Assembly (NCBI GenBank): GCA_028534125.1
Contig: CM052816.1
Location: forward strand, 28,832,001-28,896,000
Length of the DNA: 64,000 nt
From: Lama glama
Taxonomy: Eukaryota
Reading direction: 5' to 3'
Part shown: one piece after another, positions 13,331 to 27,550 of the stretch
Numbering within the stretch: position 1 is the stretch's first letter
How the letters are laid out: each line of letters begins with the position of its first letter
Made by a program: the position numbers and the translations under genes
The notes under the pieces: generated by a model
The model's input: the letters and a program-made list of their open reading frames with translations, nothing else
Told to the model about the DNA's origin: nothing
Database searches by the model: none

Positions 13331-13368
13331 AATCAGGGTGGAAAATGTAAATCAGGGTGGAAAATGTA
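13331..13368. repeat. Perfect 19-bp tandem duplication
   Basis: aatcagggtggaaaatgta occurs twice in tandem. Confidence 0.95.
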
Positions 13369-16300
13369 AACTGAACACAAATTTTTAAATTCTCCAAAAT
13401 TCCAGGCTGTCTTTACCATATTCTAGTTATAACCATTCTTAATCTCTTAAGCATTTACAGGCTGCCTGCATAATCTAGAAATTGAGTGATAAGGAAAATG
13501 TCCACGGCACTGACAAACCCTCAAACTCATTAGAGTAAAGTCTGAACAGTTCTGTAATGATGGCCTGCGTCATCAGTGCCACTGTGACATGGTCAGAAAA
13601 CACAGAGCAAACTCCCAAATGTTGTCCTTGTAAATCAGATATACTGTGAATGGAAGAAGCCCCTCCCACTAAAGAAATCAGCTCCCTGCTGAGACAAAAT
13701 CAAGTCCTTACACAGAGGACACATTCCATTATGAGCTGATTCTCCAATTGTCCTTAAGTCAAAGGCCAAGATAATGAAATAAAGCAAAATAAAGCAAGTC
13801 TAAAGATTCAGTATGTGGGAAAATTTATTTCTTAAAAATTACACAAGCAGTTATTTTCTAAGTCAGTGTTCAAAGGCTGTATAATTTGATTTTTATGAGT
13901 TAGATTTAAAAGGTGGGGACAAATATTTTTTATTTGTTGAGTCAAACAGACCCATTGGTACAGCTATCACCTGGCCCAGCTGTCATCTCAAAGAGGGGAA
14001 AATAAAATACAAGAGTTTTAGTATTTGCTAAAAGCTACATCAAAGAAGGGCTAAGGATGATGCCCAGGTGTGTGATCCTGGTCCAGTGGTGGGTCTACCA
14101 TGTAATAAAGCAAAATTGGACAAATAAAAAGAGGTTGCTTCTTTTAACACACTGGAATAGGGAGGAATAAAAGGGTTTATTTTTGAGAGCCAGGTTTTGT
14201 ACAGCCAAACTGGAGACTAAGCATCTCTCTGTGAAAGGTCTCCTGTGGCTTTGCCCTTATGTTAATAACAAATTGGACTGGAGAGGTACTGTGTTGTCAC
14301 CATAACAGCCTTAGGGCAGAAATGCCTAATTCTATCAACACTTCACTGTTCCATGTGGGCAGCTCGCTAATGTTCAGATATGTTGGGTGTGTAGCTTTTT
14401 AATCCAAAAGCAGACCTTAGGGACAAGGACATTCTCCAGCCTTCCACTGTAGAGACAGAGTATCATCCAAAGACATCAGTGCTTACCAAAAACAACACCA
14501 TGAACTGAGATTAAATAAAACAACCATATTGGAATCAAGCACAGGAGGTGTGCAAAATGCTAGCGTTTCTTGTCAATTTCCTCCAGCAAGGGAACTTTAG
14601 TTCTGATTGCAACTATTTTGAGTCAGTGTGCCTTTCTGAGTTATTTGCTATCCTCAAATGAAAAAGTCAAAACTAACTGGCTGTTAAAAATGACAGACAT
14701 ATTGCCCTGTCAAAGAATATTTCCTAATGTAAACTTCTTACAAAATCAAGCAACAGTAATCTCTTCATTAAAAACTGACTTCCAAGCATTGAGAATTTTA
14801 TCTTTATTTTCACAATCTGAATTTAATGTTTCATAGGATGTATCTATTCATTTTGCATAAAAACAGAAACATCTTTAGCTTCTTTTTTGATTTTATCTAT
14901 CCTACCACCATCAAAACAGATATTTAAATAGTTTACAGCATTGTTCTACATATAAGGGTTAACATATAAGATACAGTTCTTTAAAAATTTATTTTTGATT
15001 TTAGATTTTTATATTCTAATAAGTCTTATTATGAGCTAAAATTTGAGCAAAATAGTTTATACTTCTTTGGCTTAATCATAATAGCAAACTTAAAAGTAGA
15101 TACTATTATTCTACCCATTTTACAGACAAAAGAGAGACTAAATAAATTTTCCAAAGTTAACACGTCTTGACTTCAGACCACTTAACTCCGGTTCTACTTC
15201 CTTAAGTGGTTCTGCAAGTGCACTGCTATGTGGGTTTAAGAGGGTAAGAGATTTCACGGGTATCAGTAGAACTTCAAAAACAGTTTATGATGCAAAAGCA
15301 TCTCTAGAAGTAGGTGATCTACATAAGATGCTCCATATCTACGATACAGGTAGATTCAGGTAGCAAAAGAGAAAGCAGAGAAGCCTTGGGGAATGTAAGC
15401 CTGAAGATATCCTTCTGTTTTGTCCTAATAAAGATGCTATTTTGCTCCTTTTCCAGGACACAAACGTTGAATTCGAAAGTGGTTCTTGTAACCAATGTCT
15501 ATCGAAATAATTTACCAGAATACTGAAGCTCCGTATGGTCTTCATCATGAATATCTAGGGCATCAGTTAGATTGGAATTACTCCCTAATACGCCTGGATT
15601 TTTCTGATCCACTGGTTACACTGTATGCTTACCAGGAATCATCTCAAAAATGTTTATGGCAGTAGCATGCACTTATTACTGCAACTATGCAATTTCATTA
15701 AATTATGAGTATAAAAAGAAAGTAAATAAAAAGTGTTAGAAAAAAAGCAGTAAATTAGGCAATGGTAAAGAAACTGTTAATGTCTGAAGAAAAACTATAA
15801 AACTCTAAAAGAATTCTGCATTCACTTGGCTTCACAAATATTTCTCAGTCCACTTCAGAGAAACCCAAACAAAACTGTAAACAGCAGAGCTCATTCAAGA
15901 GATATGAACTCTAATCAGTGGATTCATACTTTAATAATTTTCAAAAGGTCTTGGATTAACATGGAAAGATTGATGAATGAATGTACATCTATGTTTCAAG
16001 TCAAAATAAAGTATTTAATGTCTGCATCATTTTGAAATGAAACATTTTTAATTGAACAAATACTGTGATATTGGGAAACATAACAGCATTTGTGCTATAT
16101 TTCTTTCTACTTTTTAAGTCCCTTTAATATCACCAAAAGGATCAATTAGAAAAGAAATCATCCACTCACTCAAAATAAAAAGCATGTGCAAAGTGTGTTT
16201 GCAAGAGGAGAGGAAATGAAATCTGTGACATAATACATGTAAGTTTCAGTGATGACTGTGAAGGGAAGAGTCAAGAGGATCCAAAAGGAGACTGACCTTG

Positions 16301-18332
16301 GCCCAGTTTGGAAGAGAATCCCCACATGTGTAAGGAGACCTCAATTGTTAGAGGATGTTCTCACTGTAAGTAACTGTGACACCCCAAACAACTTGTATAG
16401 TATCTTTGTGCCTCAGCTACTTCTTGTCTAAAATAAAAAAGCAAAGGTAACCTATTATCCTGGGCTAATTTAAAAACTCACTGATTTTTATAAAAACTAC
16501 CAGATCATTCCTCCAGAGGATATTGTCATTTCAAGTTTCTTTTTTTCTTTTGTACTATCTACAGAACTATGACTGCCTTGTCATATGACTTAGTGGAAAC
16601 CCTCAGAACAACTACTACAAAGGCATGTCCCAGGGAAACTAGGACTTTCACTTCTTGAAGTCTCCTCAATACCCTTCTACTCCAAGCCATCAAGGCGTGT
16701 TTCACAGAATTCTTTTCTAGCCAGCTTGGGGATATTATGGTACATCTACACATTATCCAGAAATAAAAGTGTATACTAGGAATGACCCTACCTATTAAGT
16801 AAATCAAAGGATTCAAAATTAATAGCACATTGCTGATGTTCTTTCCATAGGCCTGTTCATAGGGACTGAAGGATCTCCAATTAAATCTGATGTACTGTGA
16901 CTTTCAAACTGGAGTCTCAGAGAAGATATGTTTTCACATAACCCCGACTCTTAAAAAATGCGGTGGCACTGTAGCTACAGAATAGAGATACCTTGTACAA
17001 ATACTAAGGTAACTGAACAATAATACTTTCTTTTTAGGGTCCAGCAATTTCAAAAATTTAAAATTTTCAGTTTGTGTGTACAGAGCACTTTAGTTTTCTG
17101 AGTGTTATGGCTATTAACCCAATTCTATACATTTGATAATTTTGGTACCCTGCAGGCTAAGACAGGTAGACACAGAGTATAAAATATAGATCTCTGACTC
17201 CATTTATTCTAGGAAAAGGAATGACATTTCCTATCTCTCCTATCATATTTCAAATCACAGCAGTTTAATAGAAGTAAAGAAAGCAGCAAAATTGGCGAAG
17301 AATAACTTTGAAAGCACATAACTCATACTGTTATACTAAAATATTATTAGTTCACATGCTGTCACAGTTGAGTTGTTGTTAATGTTACATTTTAGTTTTA
17401 TTAATTATGCTTTACTTTCTAACTAGATATTAAGTTTATTTTAAGTACCTACTGTGTCTTGCATTTCTTCTCTTTCAAAACACCTGTCCTAGTACTGTAC
17501 ACAAAGAGAATGCTCAGTAAATATATGTTGACTGATCGATTTATTAAATGATTGTCAGGGGTCAAAGGAGTCTCTCTAACCTGCAGGTAATGCCAGTGGT
17601 GAAAAACATGAGAAGATGAAAATGTACTTGTGAGTTTTAAAGGACTCGTCCCTGCCCTGTAATATGTAACAGTGACAAGAGTATTTATGTAAAGTTTTCA
17701 AAAGTATAAAACTGCACTTTGCTTTACATAAAATTAGTAGAATTGTCTATGCTTCCAAAAGGACACTACATTATGGCATTTTCTCACACTGAATTTCATG
17801 ACTCTATCTCAGAAAGAACCAGAATGTATTAAAATGTATAAGACATCCTGTATTTCTTCTAAAACAAAGTAAAAGTTATCAAAAATTATCCAAATACAGT
17901 ATGAACTGTCCAGTTCTCACTTCTCAGGTATTCATCTTCATCTAAGGACACAAAAGTACATGAATGACTAGAGGCAAAAGATCAGGTAAGTCTCACAGCC
18001 ACAGCAGAAAAAGAAAAAGGGGAAAATGCCATACGTCTTCTTATTCTGTGTTTTCTTTATTTTTTGCAGCCTTGTGCAAAATGCAGAATGTTTACAATTC
18101 ACAACTTCTCAATTTTCTCTGAAATATTCTATCAAAAAGAAGGAACCTTCTATTAAAGTTAACAATTAGCATAAGGAATCCTTAATAAACAATAGACATT
18201 AGATCCAGCCTTCAAACAGTGTATATAAAATTAAAAGGCTCTAGGCCAAGGGAAAAAAAGAAGAGGTACTTTATGTGCCTAGCCATATAGCTCATGCTAT
18301 AAATTTGAAGTGCTTTAATATACATATATTGT

Positions 18333-18334
<2 letters not shown>

Positions 18335-18380
<46 letters not shown>
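18335..18380. repeat. (TG)n(TA)n compound microsatellite
   Basis: Directly visible. Confidence 0.95.
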
Positions 18381-21079
18381 CAGTGTGAAATTAATGCTAA
18401 ATATATATAGAGAGAGATTTCTACATATATCTACATATAGAAAGAGATCTGTATCATCTATCTGTCTTCTGTCTGTCTATCTATCTAAATTTTGCAAAGC
18501 GTTTTTAGTCACTGAGTCATTCTGGAGCCAAGTCCGAAATGAGTAATTTTATTCTGGGATAGAAAGTATCCACATTTCTTATGTTTGTTTAATGACCCAA
18601 TAGTATTTGGATAATGAGACAATTGAGGGTTGAGAAAGGTACACCATTCATCACAGTGAGTCAAATGCTAGTAACACTGTTTATTTACAGTGCAATTTAG
18701 GGAGACCTACGGCTCACACTGTCTACACAAACAGAACAATGAAAGTACTTAAAGCCATTTATATTCATTTAAAAATTAAACCCATGGGGGTGATGTCAAG
18801 ATTTCTACTCTTTCTGTCAGAGACATAGCACTTTGCCTCATTCTTTAAACAGTGCACAGGGTGAGTTTGGATTTCTACAATCTTTTACTGTAATGGAGAA
18901 ATAACAATATTGGATAAAGAAAAGAGTAGTTATTAGATCATCTACTTTATCTCCATAGTTATGTCTATGAGACATGCTGTCTCAATTTTTTCCAGGTCTG
19001 TCTTTGATGATCCCACCATTGTTGGTAAATTCTGTAGGGTGATCCTTTTCCTTGGCAATGAATCTGTTTTGCTATTTGTAAAAATCATGTGCATGTTTGA
19101 ACGTTACTTACTAAGCTATTCACGTGTAGTCTAATCATGTATCACCTCCATATTCTTGCTTTGTTCCTCCAGGTTTTAACTGCTACTATTCCACTGACTC
19201 ACACTTTCAAAAAGATTATTTATGAAATCAAATGAAAATAATTATATCTTATATGATTTAATGAGGGAACATGTATCTAAGTATATTAGGAACATGTGTT
19301 CAGATGCATAGTTACATCTAAAGGTAAGGTAACTCAAAGTGAGGAGGGTTCAGAGCTTCTGATTCTTGTTCTTCAACATGGAGAGAAGCTCGATTACATA
19401 GACAAGAAGAAAATTCCATTATAATTTGAGCATCAAGAGATTAGGTCTTTGTCTGTCTTGCTCACTGATTTAGCCCTAGTACCAAGCATATAGTGCCTGG
19501 CATGTGGCTGATAATCCTTCGCTAGACATATTTTCTTGTTAGAAATACTTTGCTAATATAAAGCCATCAAGTGTTAGTGATGGTAGAAATATTTCTGACA
19601 ATTTCACTCCATAAATATTAAGATTCAGCCTATTGTAATCTCTTTGTTTTCCATCTTTTTAGTAATGTTTTCAAGACCACCTACCATAAAAATAATGGCA
19701 AGGACTCAAAAATATTTGCATTTTTTTCTTTAGCTCCTCTGTAAAACACTAGCTTTATTGGCTCACTCACTTCCAACACAACTTATCTAATTACTCTGGT
19801 TTTTATTTGATTTTTCTCTATTAATATACATAGCCAGAACAATTTGAAAAAAAATGAGACTGCATGATGTCAACTATCAAATTATTTTAGAGAGCAATGT
19901 TATACTAACTCTCTTTGTAGTCATTAATCATAAGAAGCCATCAAACTTTGCCTTTGAGATATTTAACCTAATAATATTTTACTAATGGAAATATAACTAA
20001 TTGCTATAATTTAAATTTTAACATTTTATCTGCAAATAAACTTTTCTTCCTCATGATAATCTTAAACATAAACTATGTTAATGCCATAATTTTATCTTTG
20101 GTCATATTTCCCATTTCACTTTAAGTATCATTACCACAGTTATATTATCAAGTCTCCAAATATCTTTCTAATACTTCCAATGGTATTTGAGTCATCAGCA
20201 AAATTTGAATATAAAAATCAAATAATACTAAGACTGGATCTTACTGATACATATTCTTTGAGTATTTTAATTTATACTTAGCTATTACTATATAGTTGCA
20301 GTAATGATCCTTATTATTTGGGAAAGCATCCATGTATTTGCCAGAAATTTTAAAGACTCACATAACTTGGCAATTTTTCTGGGAAAATTTGAGATCCCAC
20401 AGCCTTTTTCAGTAGTTATCATTTTTAGTAGAATTTAGTAGCTATTTATTCGACACATGCATCATTCTTTTACTCATTGTGAAATATATATTGCAAACTG
20501 ACTGCTTGCCCACCCCTCTGCTAGATCTGGAGATTCAGACATTAAAAAAAGACATGGTTCTTGAATTCTGAAGAGTTAGAATCTACTGTGAACTTGCATT
20601 CCTTGTTCTTTTCTCTGTATACCTTGATTGTGGTGTATGTTTTTGAAAGTTTCCTCTTTTATTCAGAAAGTTTCAAGCTTAGCAATATAAAGTGAGTATT
20701 TTTCAGAACATTTTTATTCTAGTAGAATATATAAAATTCAGAATGATGTAAATGTCCATGTTCAGTTATACCATGATATAATGATAATTTTTAAAATACT
20801 GATAGGATAATCTGTTAAAAAGTAGCAAATTTCAATTTTTTAAAGTATAATGCATCTCATTCTGTTTTCTTCAGACTTTTATCTCATAATGAAATTTTTT
20901 AAATGTACATTTTTTCATGTAAAAAAATTTATATCTGCAAATGGTGAGAAATGCTTACTTACACAACTCTAAATAGACAACTACCTGAAATATTTTCAGA
21001 TAGAACCCTCAGTGAAAATTTCAGGTTTGGTATAATTGTTGGAGGGAAAAAAAAATTGGTGGGCATGCTAAACCCAGGA

Positions 21080-21950
21080 GAAGCTGTGACAGAGAGTACT
21101 ACACACTCACCGAAATCCACTTCCTCTTCTTCCTGGGCACAAAGCTAGATGACAACGTCTAGCCTCCAAGTAGTTAGGTCTGGGCATGTGCCTGATTACT
21201 AGACAAAGGGATATAAGCCATAGTGAAATGTGCTGCTTCCTTCCAGCCCTGGTTTGAAATATCTCTAGGATTTAGTCTCCATGCTCTTTCTTCCTTATGG
21301 CAAAGGAATGGGAGAAGCATTGCGTTACTGAAGTCCACTACTTAAAAAATGCCGCAAGGAGTAGGCAAGAAACAGACACAGGATGCAAAAATCTTGGAAA
21401 CTGTTAGTTTTTGTATATTTGTTAAAACTGCTGCTTGTGAAAATTCTGAAGAAAAACCAAGGATCTACCAAAACTGCAGCTCAAGGGGAAAAGGTTAGTA
21501 AAAAGCCAGCATATTAGTTTGGACTGGCTGCTGGTTGATGTATCTCTCAAAGCACCATGGGAAATAAATGAGCTCAGGAAAGAACTGGCTTGTTTGCAGG
21601 CAGACACCAAGTGTTTTGCAGTATTGGAGAAGCCAACTCCTTCAAAACCCCTAACATAAGAGATAAAACTGAAAAAGGCCTTGAGCACAAAGTCACAGTA
21701 AGTTTTCTTAGTGAGACAAGGAATTCAGCCCTGCAGCAAAAGATAAGATTAAGGATGCTGCCTTCCTACCAAAACCTACTGTTCAGATGGCAGCCACTAC
21801 TATGTTGAAAGAAACAGGCATGAAAGCAAAGAAGCAAAGCAATACAGCAAGACAGAGAAGTAAATCTAAAGAAAGGAACTTGGGTATGGTCACTAGCACT
21901 TGGAATAAACTGGAAACAACTACATTAGAACCCTAATAACTTTCTGAAGT
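21080..21950 (+). mobile_element. Old MLT1 LTR fragment followed by MLT1-internal-like sequence
   Basis: tccacttcctcttcttcctgggcac...agttaggtctgggcatgtg, then aaatgagctcaggaaagaactggcttgtttgca. Confidence 0.6.
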
Positions 21951-21959
21951 AATTCTATT

Positions 21960-22140
21960 GTACTTATACATCTGAGCAATCAGCTGTCAGGTACAATCAT
22001 TCTCCCTTTTGTACAGATTTGGACACTGAGGTACAAATAGGAAAAATTAAAAAACCTTCCTCTAGATCACATTTCAGAACTATTAGGCTCAGGCTCAAGA
22101 TTCAAACCAAGGCAATCTGATTCCAGAAGTTATACTCAGT
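21960..22140 (-). mobile_element. MIR SINE
   Basis: tacagatttggacactgaggtac...gattcaaaccaaggcaatctgattccaga. Confidence 0.75.
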
Positions 22141-22859
22141 CTTTCCATGGGGCCATGGTCATGAAAAAACGCAAAACTGCTGGCCAAGTGCTGAGCTTCA
22201 CCTGACTGCCTCATGGGTTGTTGGTACCAGTAGCATCAGCAGAGAAATTCTATAGTTTGAGAAACACCAATAAGAGTTAGGAAAATTTACATTCCCATAA
22301 GAATTTCTTGTTTGAGAAAAGAATTCAACAGAGAATCCCTATAAACAAAAGGCTCCCTTAGTGACTTTCAAGTAGAATTTACTTCACATAAATGTAAAGA
22401 TTCACAACATCCCAGGCATGCATTTGTTAGATGAAAGTGAAGGGCAGTGCTTAATTCTCTCTACCCCAAATACTTGGTTTGTGGAGGCAAGGTTTGCAAT
22501 TTTTCAAATATTTTCATGGAATGAAAACATTATTTCCTTCTAGTAAAAGGAAACTGTTTCCAGAGCTCATTAAATAAAGCACTATTTCTGTCCCTCAGTT
22601 TTCTCCTAAAATATCTTGCATCGGTGCCATGCATTGATTGTCATAAGTTCCTTCTATAAGAATGCTGTAATAACACAGGTTGTAGACTTTCTACTTGCTT
22701 TGGACTCTTAATTTCTTTTTATTCTCATATCAGAGTGGGCTCTATTTCAATGTGTATGCTCTTTCTCATTTATTTACTTATTAATTCCATCATTACTCAT
22801 TCATTCAAGAAGTAATTATTGGTCTATCTATGAATCAGTTACACTGGTAGATATAAATT

Positions 22860-22968
22860 ACTAAGGTTTCTCTCCAGCATTACTCAGAACAATGCCTGGA
22901 ACACAGTGGACATTAAACAGTTTAGAAATGAATGAGTGAATGAGTTAATCATGAATGAATGAATGAAC
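22860..22968 (+). mobile_element. L2 3' end with (TGAA)n tail
   Basis: agaacaatgcctggaacacagtggac...gaatgaatgaatgaa. Confidence 0.7.
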
Positions 22969-25900
22969 AATCTTAGTTTAGCAGCTACAACAAATGTAAA
23001 CCTAATAAGAAAGGAGACACAGCAAGCACTTGAATCCATCTATATCAATATCTGAGTGTGGGCTACAGTGTCTGGAAGGGGACTGATTATATGGGAAGTG
23101 GATCCAAAGTTTAGACTCAAGGATGGGCAGAATGAAGTTTTGACAAGGATGGGCAGAATCGGTTTAGAAGGATTCAAAACAGGGGACAAAGACAGAGATA
23201 TACGTAGTTTGCACAAGATCACTTCTTTATCACACAGATTCTTTTCTTTTCATAGCCACATGGCCTCAGTGCCCTAAAATGCCCCCAACAAATAGACTTC
23301 CCCATTCCCACATTACTCCGATGCTGATTTACTGCCCAGAGCACTCAAAGGCATGAATCTAGCCCTCAGCACTGAGAGTCTCATCACCTTCCTAGCAGGG
23401 AGACACAAGTGTTGGGGTAAACGGCTTACACAAGACCTGAGGGAAATTTCTGCTAGTTAAATAAGGGCACATAAAATTGAGGGACGAAACCACAGATGTT
23501 AAATATAATATGGTTTGAGAGAACTGTTTGTCTTTAGAGTCCTGTGTATTCTTTCCTTTCAGTATTACCCACTTCAGAAAGTAATCAATCTCAGCCTGAG
23601 GCCATGAATGAAAAAGTATATGTTGTCTCTTCTGATCAACAGAAATGCCAAGAAAAGATACCCATTTATCGAGATCATTTGGATGTTAAGGGGGCAAAAC
23701 ATTTTAAAACTAACTTCCCATGAAGCTGCTCTGACATAATTGAGCCTTAAAATTATTTTTTAAAACAATTCCATTCACAGAATTCCTTCTTTGCCCTCTG
23801 TGTTAATGGTGCCCCTAGCCCCAAGCAAGATTTCATCCTCTTTCTCTCTTTGTTATACCTCTATCTATAAATCCTTAACTCCCCATCTGGTCAGATTTTG
23901 AGACTCTGGGTTAACAGCCTAATGTCATAGAAAAGTCACAGCTCTACGAGCAAAGGAAATGGTTCTAGTGCCAAGTGTTGCTACTCGTCACTCTTGCTAC
24001 ATCAATCTATACAACATGATTGAATGAACTTTAAGACTCCTTTCTTCCATGATAGATTTAAGAAAATGCAAAAGAATTTAATTAGAAATGAAAGACTTTC
24101 TTTTAGGACACTGGGGTTTTTTTTGGCCTTTTGCCAAGCAATTTTAAAGAGAATAGATATTTCTTCATTTAAATCACTTCACTTGGTGCTGCAGTTAGAG
24201 ACCTGGCCCAACAGGCACCTTTTTATCCCTCTACTCCAGACCACTGTCAATTCGAGGATGAACAATGACCCATTAGCCCATCAGCACTCTTCCCAGATAT
24301 CTTGTAAATTTGAGCTGAGGTCCCGAGGCTGTAAAGATGAGAGCTCACTGCTTCTTTCAGACAGCCTCATGGAAAAGCTAGACTGAAGAGCCTAAGGCTA
24401 ACTCGCAAAGACAAAGGGTGATGAGAAAACAGCATCTCTGTTTTATGACCAGCAAAATCTCTGGTTTCTGAGCCCAATTCCCCGTTACCTCCAAGTTGAG
24501 TTAGATTTCCATCTTTTACAGCCAAATGAATCCTAACTAATAAAAGTGTCTTAGAGTTGCACAATTAGCTGCTTTGTACTTATCTGTAGAATTGTTTTTC
24601 TTCTTTGCTGAACTGTGTATATTTCTTAAGCTCCTCAGGGTGCTTGTTCTATTACATATTTCATCTCTTCTAAGGAAGCTGGCATCTTGTCTACTTTATG
24701 CCTCCTTTACCCTCTGTGTGTCAAGGCATCATTATCTTACAGTACTTGTGTACATCCAAGTGTTGTAGATATTGTTTTTTCTTTCTGTTTTTAAACAAAA
24801 ATTGAATTAACAATGTTTTAAAATACAAAAACAATTATCAGGTTCTTGTGCACAAAAAGTTATGTTGTAATTTTATTTTCTGTTATCAATTATCTGGCTA
24901 AATATTTTATTATATTTATTACAGTAATTGTCACTGTGCTTGAACATTTAAAAGTTCAAAAGGTAAAAATATTTCACAGCACACGGTTTATGAAGCAAAA
25001 CAACTTGAAAATACCACTGTAATTCCTTTCAATTTTAAACAATTTGGGGAATTATGTATCATATATAATCATATAATATATACATATATATAAATGCTTA
25101 TAATTTTCTCAATTTTTCCTTTCTTTACATTTAGAAAATACGTTTCCTATTTAAACTAAAACATTGTTGTAAGTTATTGAACACTAAAGAAACCACAGAT
25201 AGTCAGAACTGGTAATTACAATAATAAAAATTCTAAATATCTAACTCAAGAATGCTACATAATAAAATACACGTTTAATTGCATGTATGTGGTTTAAGTG
25301 GGGGAGAAAACTCCCCCACTTAATGGAATGTAATTGCTACATAATGAGTGCCTAGTAGAATCTGACAGACCATAATGAAGAGCGGCCCTTTCTCAGCATG
25401 GATATTAAATGCTTAACCATAGATTTCACATGTGTCTCCATTAATTTAACATTACATTAAATGATGGTAACAAGCACTGAATGTGATTAACTCAGCCTTC
25501 TGCACCCAAGCACTAAATATATCGAAAACAGACAAATATAAAATAAAGACTTCATAGAATATCAGATGTTTTGTGAAGAAGCTTGTACAATTATGGTGCC
25601 ACTTAGTTTTGTAACTGCGTCTTCTGCAAATCACGTGGTCTTATTTTCCTAATACACTACATTTGAATAATACCTGACTTTTATCAATCAGCCTTTGGGG
25701 TACAATGAGGAGAAGAAAGTTCCAATAAGACAGAGTATTAGCACGAAGGAGCAGGCAGAAGAAACGCGAAGGGGGAAAGAGAAACAGCATATGCAGCAAA
25801 TGCAAAGATCATGGTCTTCAATACATGTGAGAACAGAAGACCAATGAGGACTTCATCTTAATGGTCATGTCTGTGGCCCTGACATTATGAAAATGTATGC

Positions 25901-26160
25901 CTCATGGAGTATTTCATAAAACCACAGTATACCCTGATCTTCTGTAGTTACATCAGAAAGCAGAGGCCTAGAGATAGGCAAACAACATGAATCATTGCCT
26001 ACCCTTATTATGAAACCAGCGTCACAGTCATCAGTTACACTTGCTAATTCAAAAGCCCACTTCTAAGTCATTTGTTATTACCCTTTGTTACACCCTTGCC
26101 CTTATTCCCTTTCCTTTATCGTCTTTATTTCTCATATTCTGAGAATACTAATCTGACTGG

Positions 26161-26610
26161 TGTATCAGTCAGGATCCCATCAGGATATAAATGGGACACT
26201 CAAATTAGTACAGTTTGAAGAAGATTTAATAAAGTGATAGATTACAAAGGTGTAGAAACTACAAGAGTCACTGTCATGCCCTGGGACTAATGACAGGGAA
26301 CAGTTATCATCTCTAGGCCCAAAGGGATGGTGAGAGGAAGAAGTTATCACAACTGAGGGAAACAGAGTTGGTGAGCAGAGCAAGCCACCTTGAGGGGTAC
26401 AGTGGCACTCAGATGAGTCACAGAGCTAATTCTGAAGCAACCCATTGAGAGAACCAGCAGAATAAATATTCAGATCTCACTCTTCCCACCCTTTCAATAT
26501 CTTCATTAGCTTGATGATAAAATTGTCTGTTGACACAAGCCATACAGATCAGCTTCCTAAACTGAGAGCCACAAGGAACAGTTGCAAATAGATGAGAAGG
26601 GGCCCAAAAG
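26161..26610 (-). mobile_element. Old ERVL LTR (LTR33-like)
   Basis: tgtatcagtcaggatcccatcagga...acactcaaatt...gatttaataaag...ccctgggactaatgacag. Confidence 0.6.
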
Positions 26611-27184
26611 GAGATATTAACTGAGGTTGATTAAAATTAGCCAGTGAGGTACTATGGGCTTTTCTTTATATAAAATATATTGTTTGCCAAAGTAATACAT
26701 GCACATGGTTAATCAAATAATACGAACGGGCTTATGAATGAAAAACAACTACCTTTGCCCAATTGTCCCATCTATGAGTCTGGAACTTGAAGTCATCATT
26801 TTAAACCATTTTAGGTTTTAGCTCTTCCAAAGATTACTTTTGAACATTTGAATAGTATTCTCATATCATATTTCTGATTTACTGACTTTAGAAATTGCCT
26901 ATTGATTGTCTGCGATAAAAGATGAAGATTCAGCTCACTTAAACCAACATTCTTTTCAATGGCTCTCCCAATTGTTGTTCAAGTTCTTCTCTAAAAGTTA
27001 ACATTGCATATTTAACAGAAGACTGGCTTTGTTCAAGCTACTGGATTGTTTTAATTATAAAGAAAGTTTATTTCATTTGATGAGACAGATGATTAAGAAA
27101 GGGTATCTTCTGGAAACATCCATTAAACTTCACTAAATTTATCCATGAGCAAACTTGTCTGTGTTCTGGCAGGAAGCTTCATTA

Positions 27185-27550
27185 ACATATCATTTTCATG
27201 CAGTAAAATGAGCACTTTTTTGGTGTACAGTTCTATGAGTTTTCATAAATGCATACATATCAAATAATAGAGTATTTCCATCACTCCAAAAAGTTCCCTT
27301 GTGTCCGTTTATAAACAAACTCCTTCTCCATCCCAACCAGTGGCGCGCATGGATTTCATTTCTATCTCTGTAGCTTTGCCTTGTCTAAAATGGCAGATAA
27401 GTGAAATTACACAACATTAAGCTTTTTGTGTCTAGTTTATTTACTTAGCATAATATTTTTAAGAGTCATCTATGTTACTGAATATATCAGTAGTGCATTG
27501 CCTTTTATTGTCATTGTATGATTATAGCACATTCTAGCCATTCAACGGTT
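27185..27550 (-). mobile_element. Old L1M 3' UTR fragment
   Basis: gtgtacagttctatgagttt...atttccatcactccaaaaagttcccttgtg...tttacttagcataatatttttaagagtcatc. Confidence 0.8.

Noticed and set aside
15456..15665. Segment with several retained CpGs after a polypyrimidine-AG, with short ORFs on both strands
   Set aside because: No recognisable protein in the frames examined, and frames from the acceptor stop early.
23118..23159. 16-bp direct repeat caaggatgggcagaat with a 10-bp spacer
   Set aside because: Only two copies, within probable L2 relic sequence. An ordinary small duplication.
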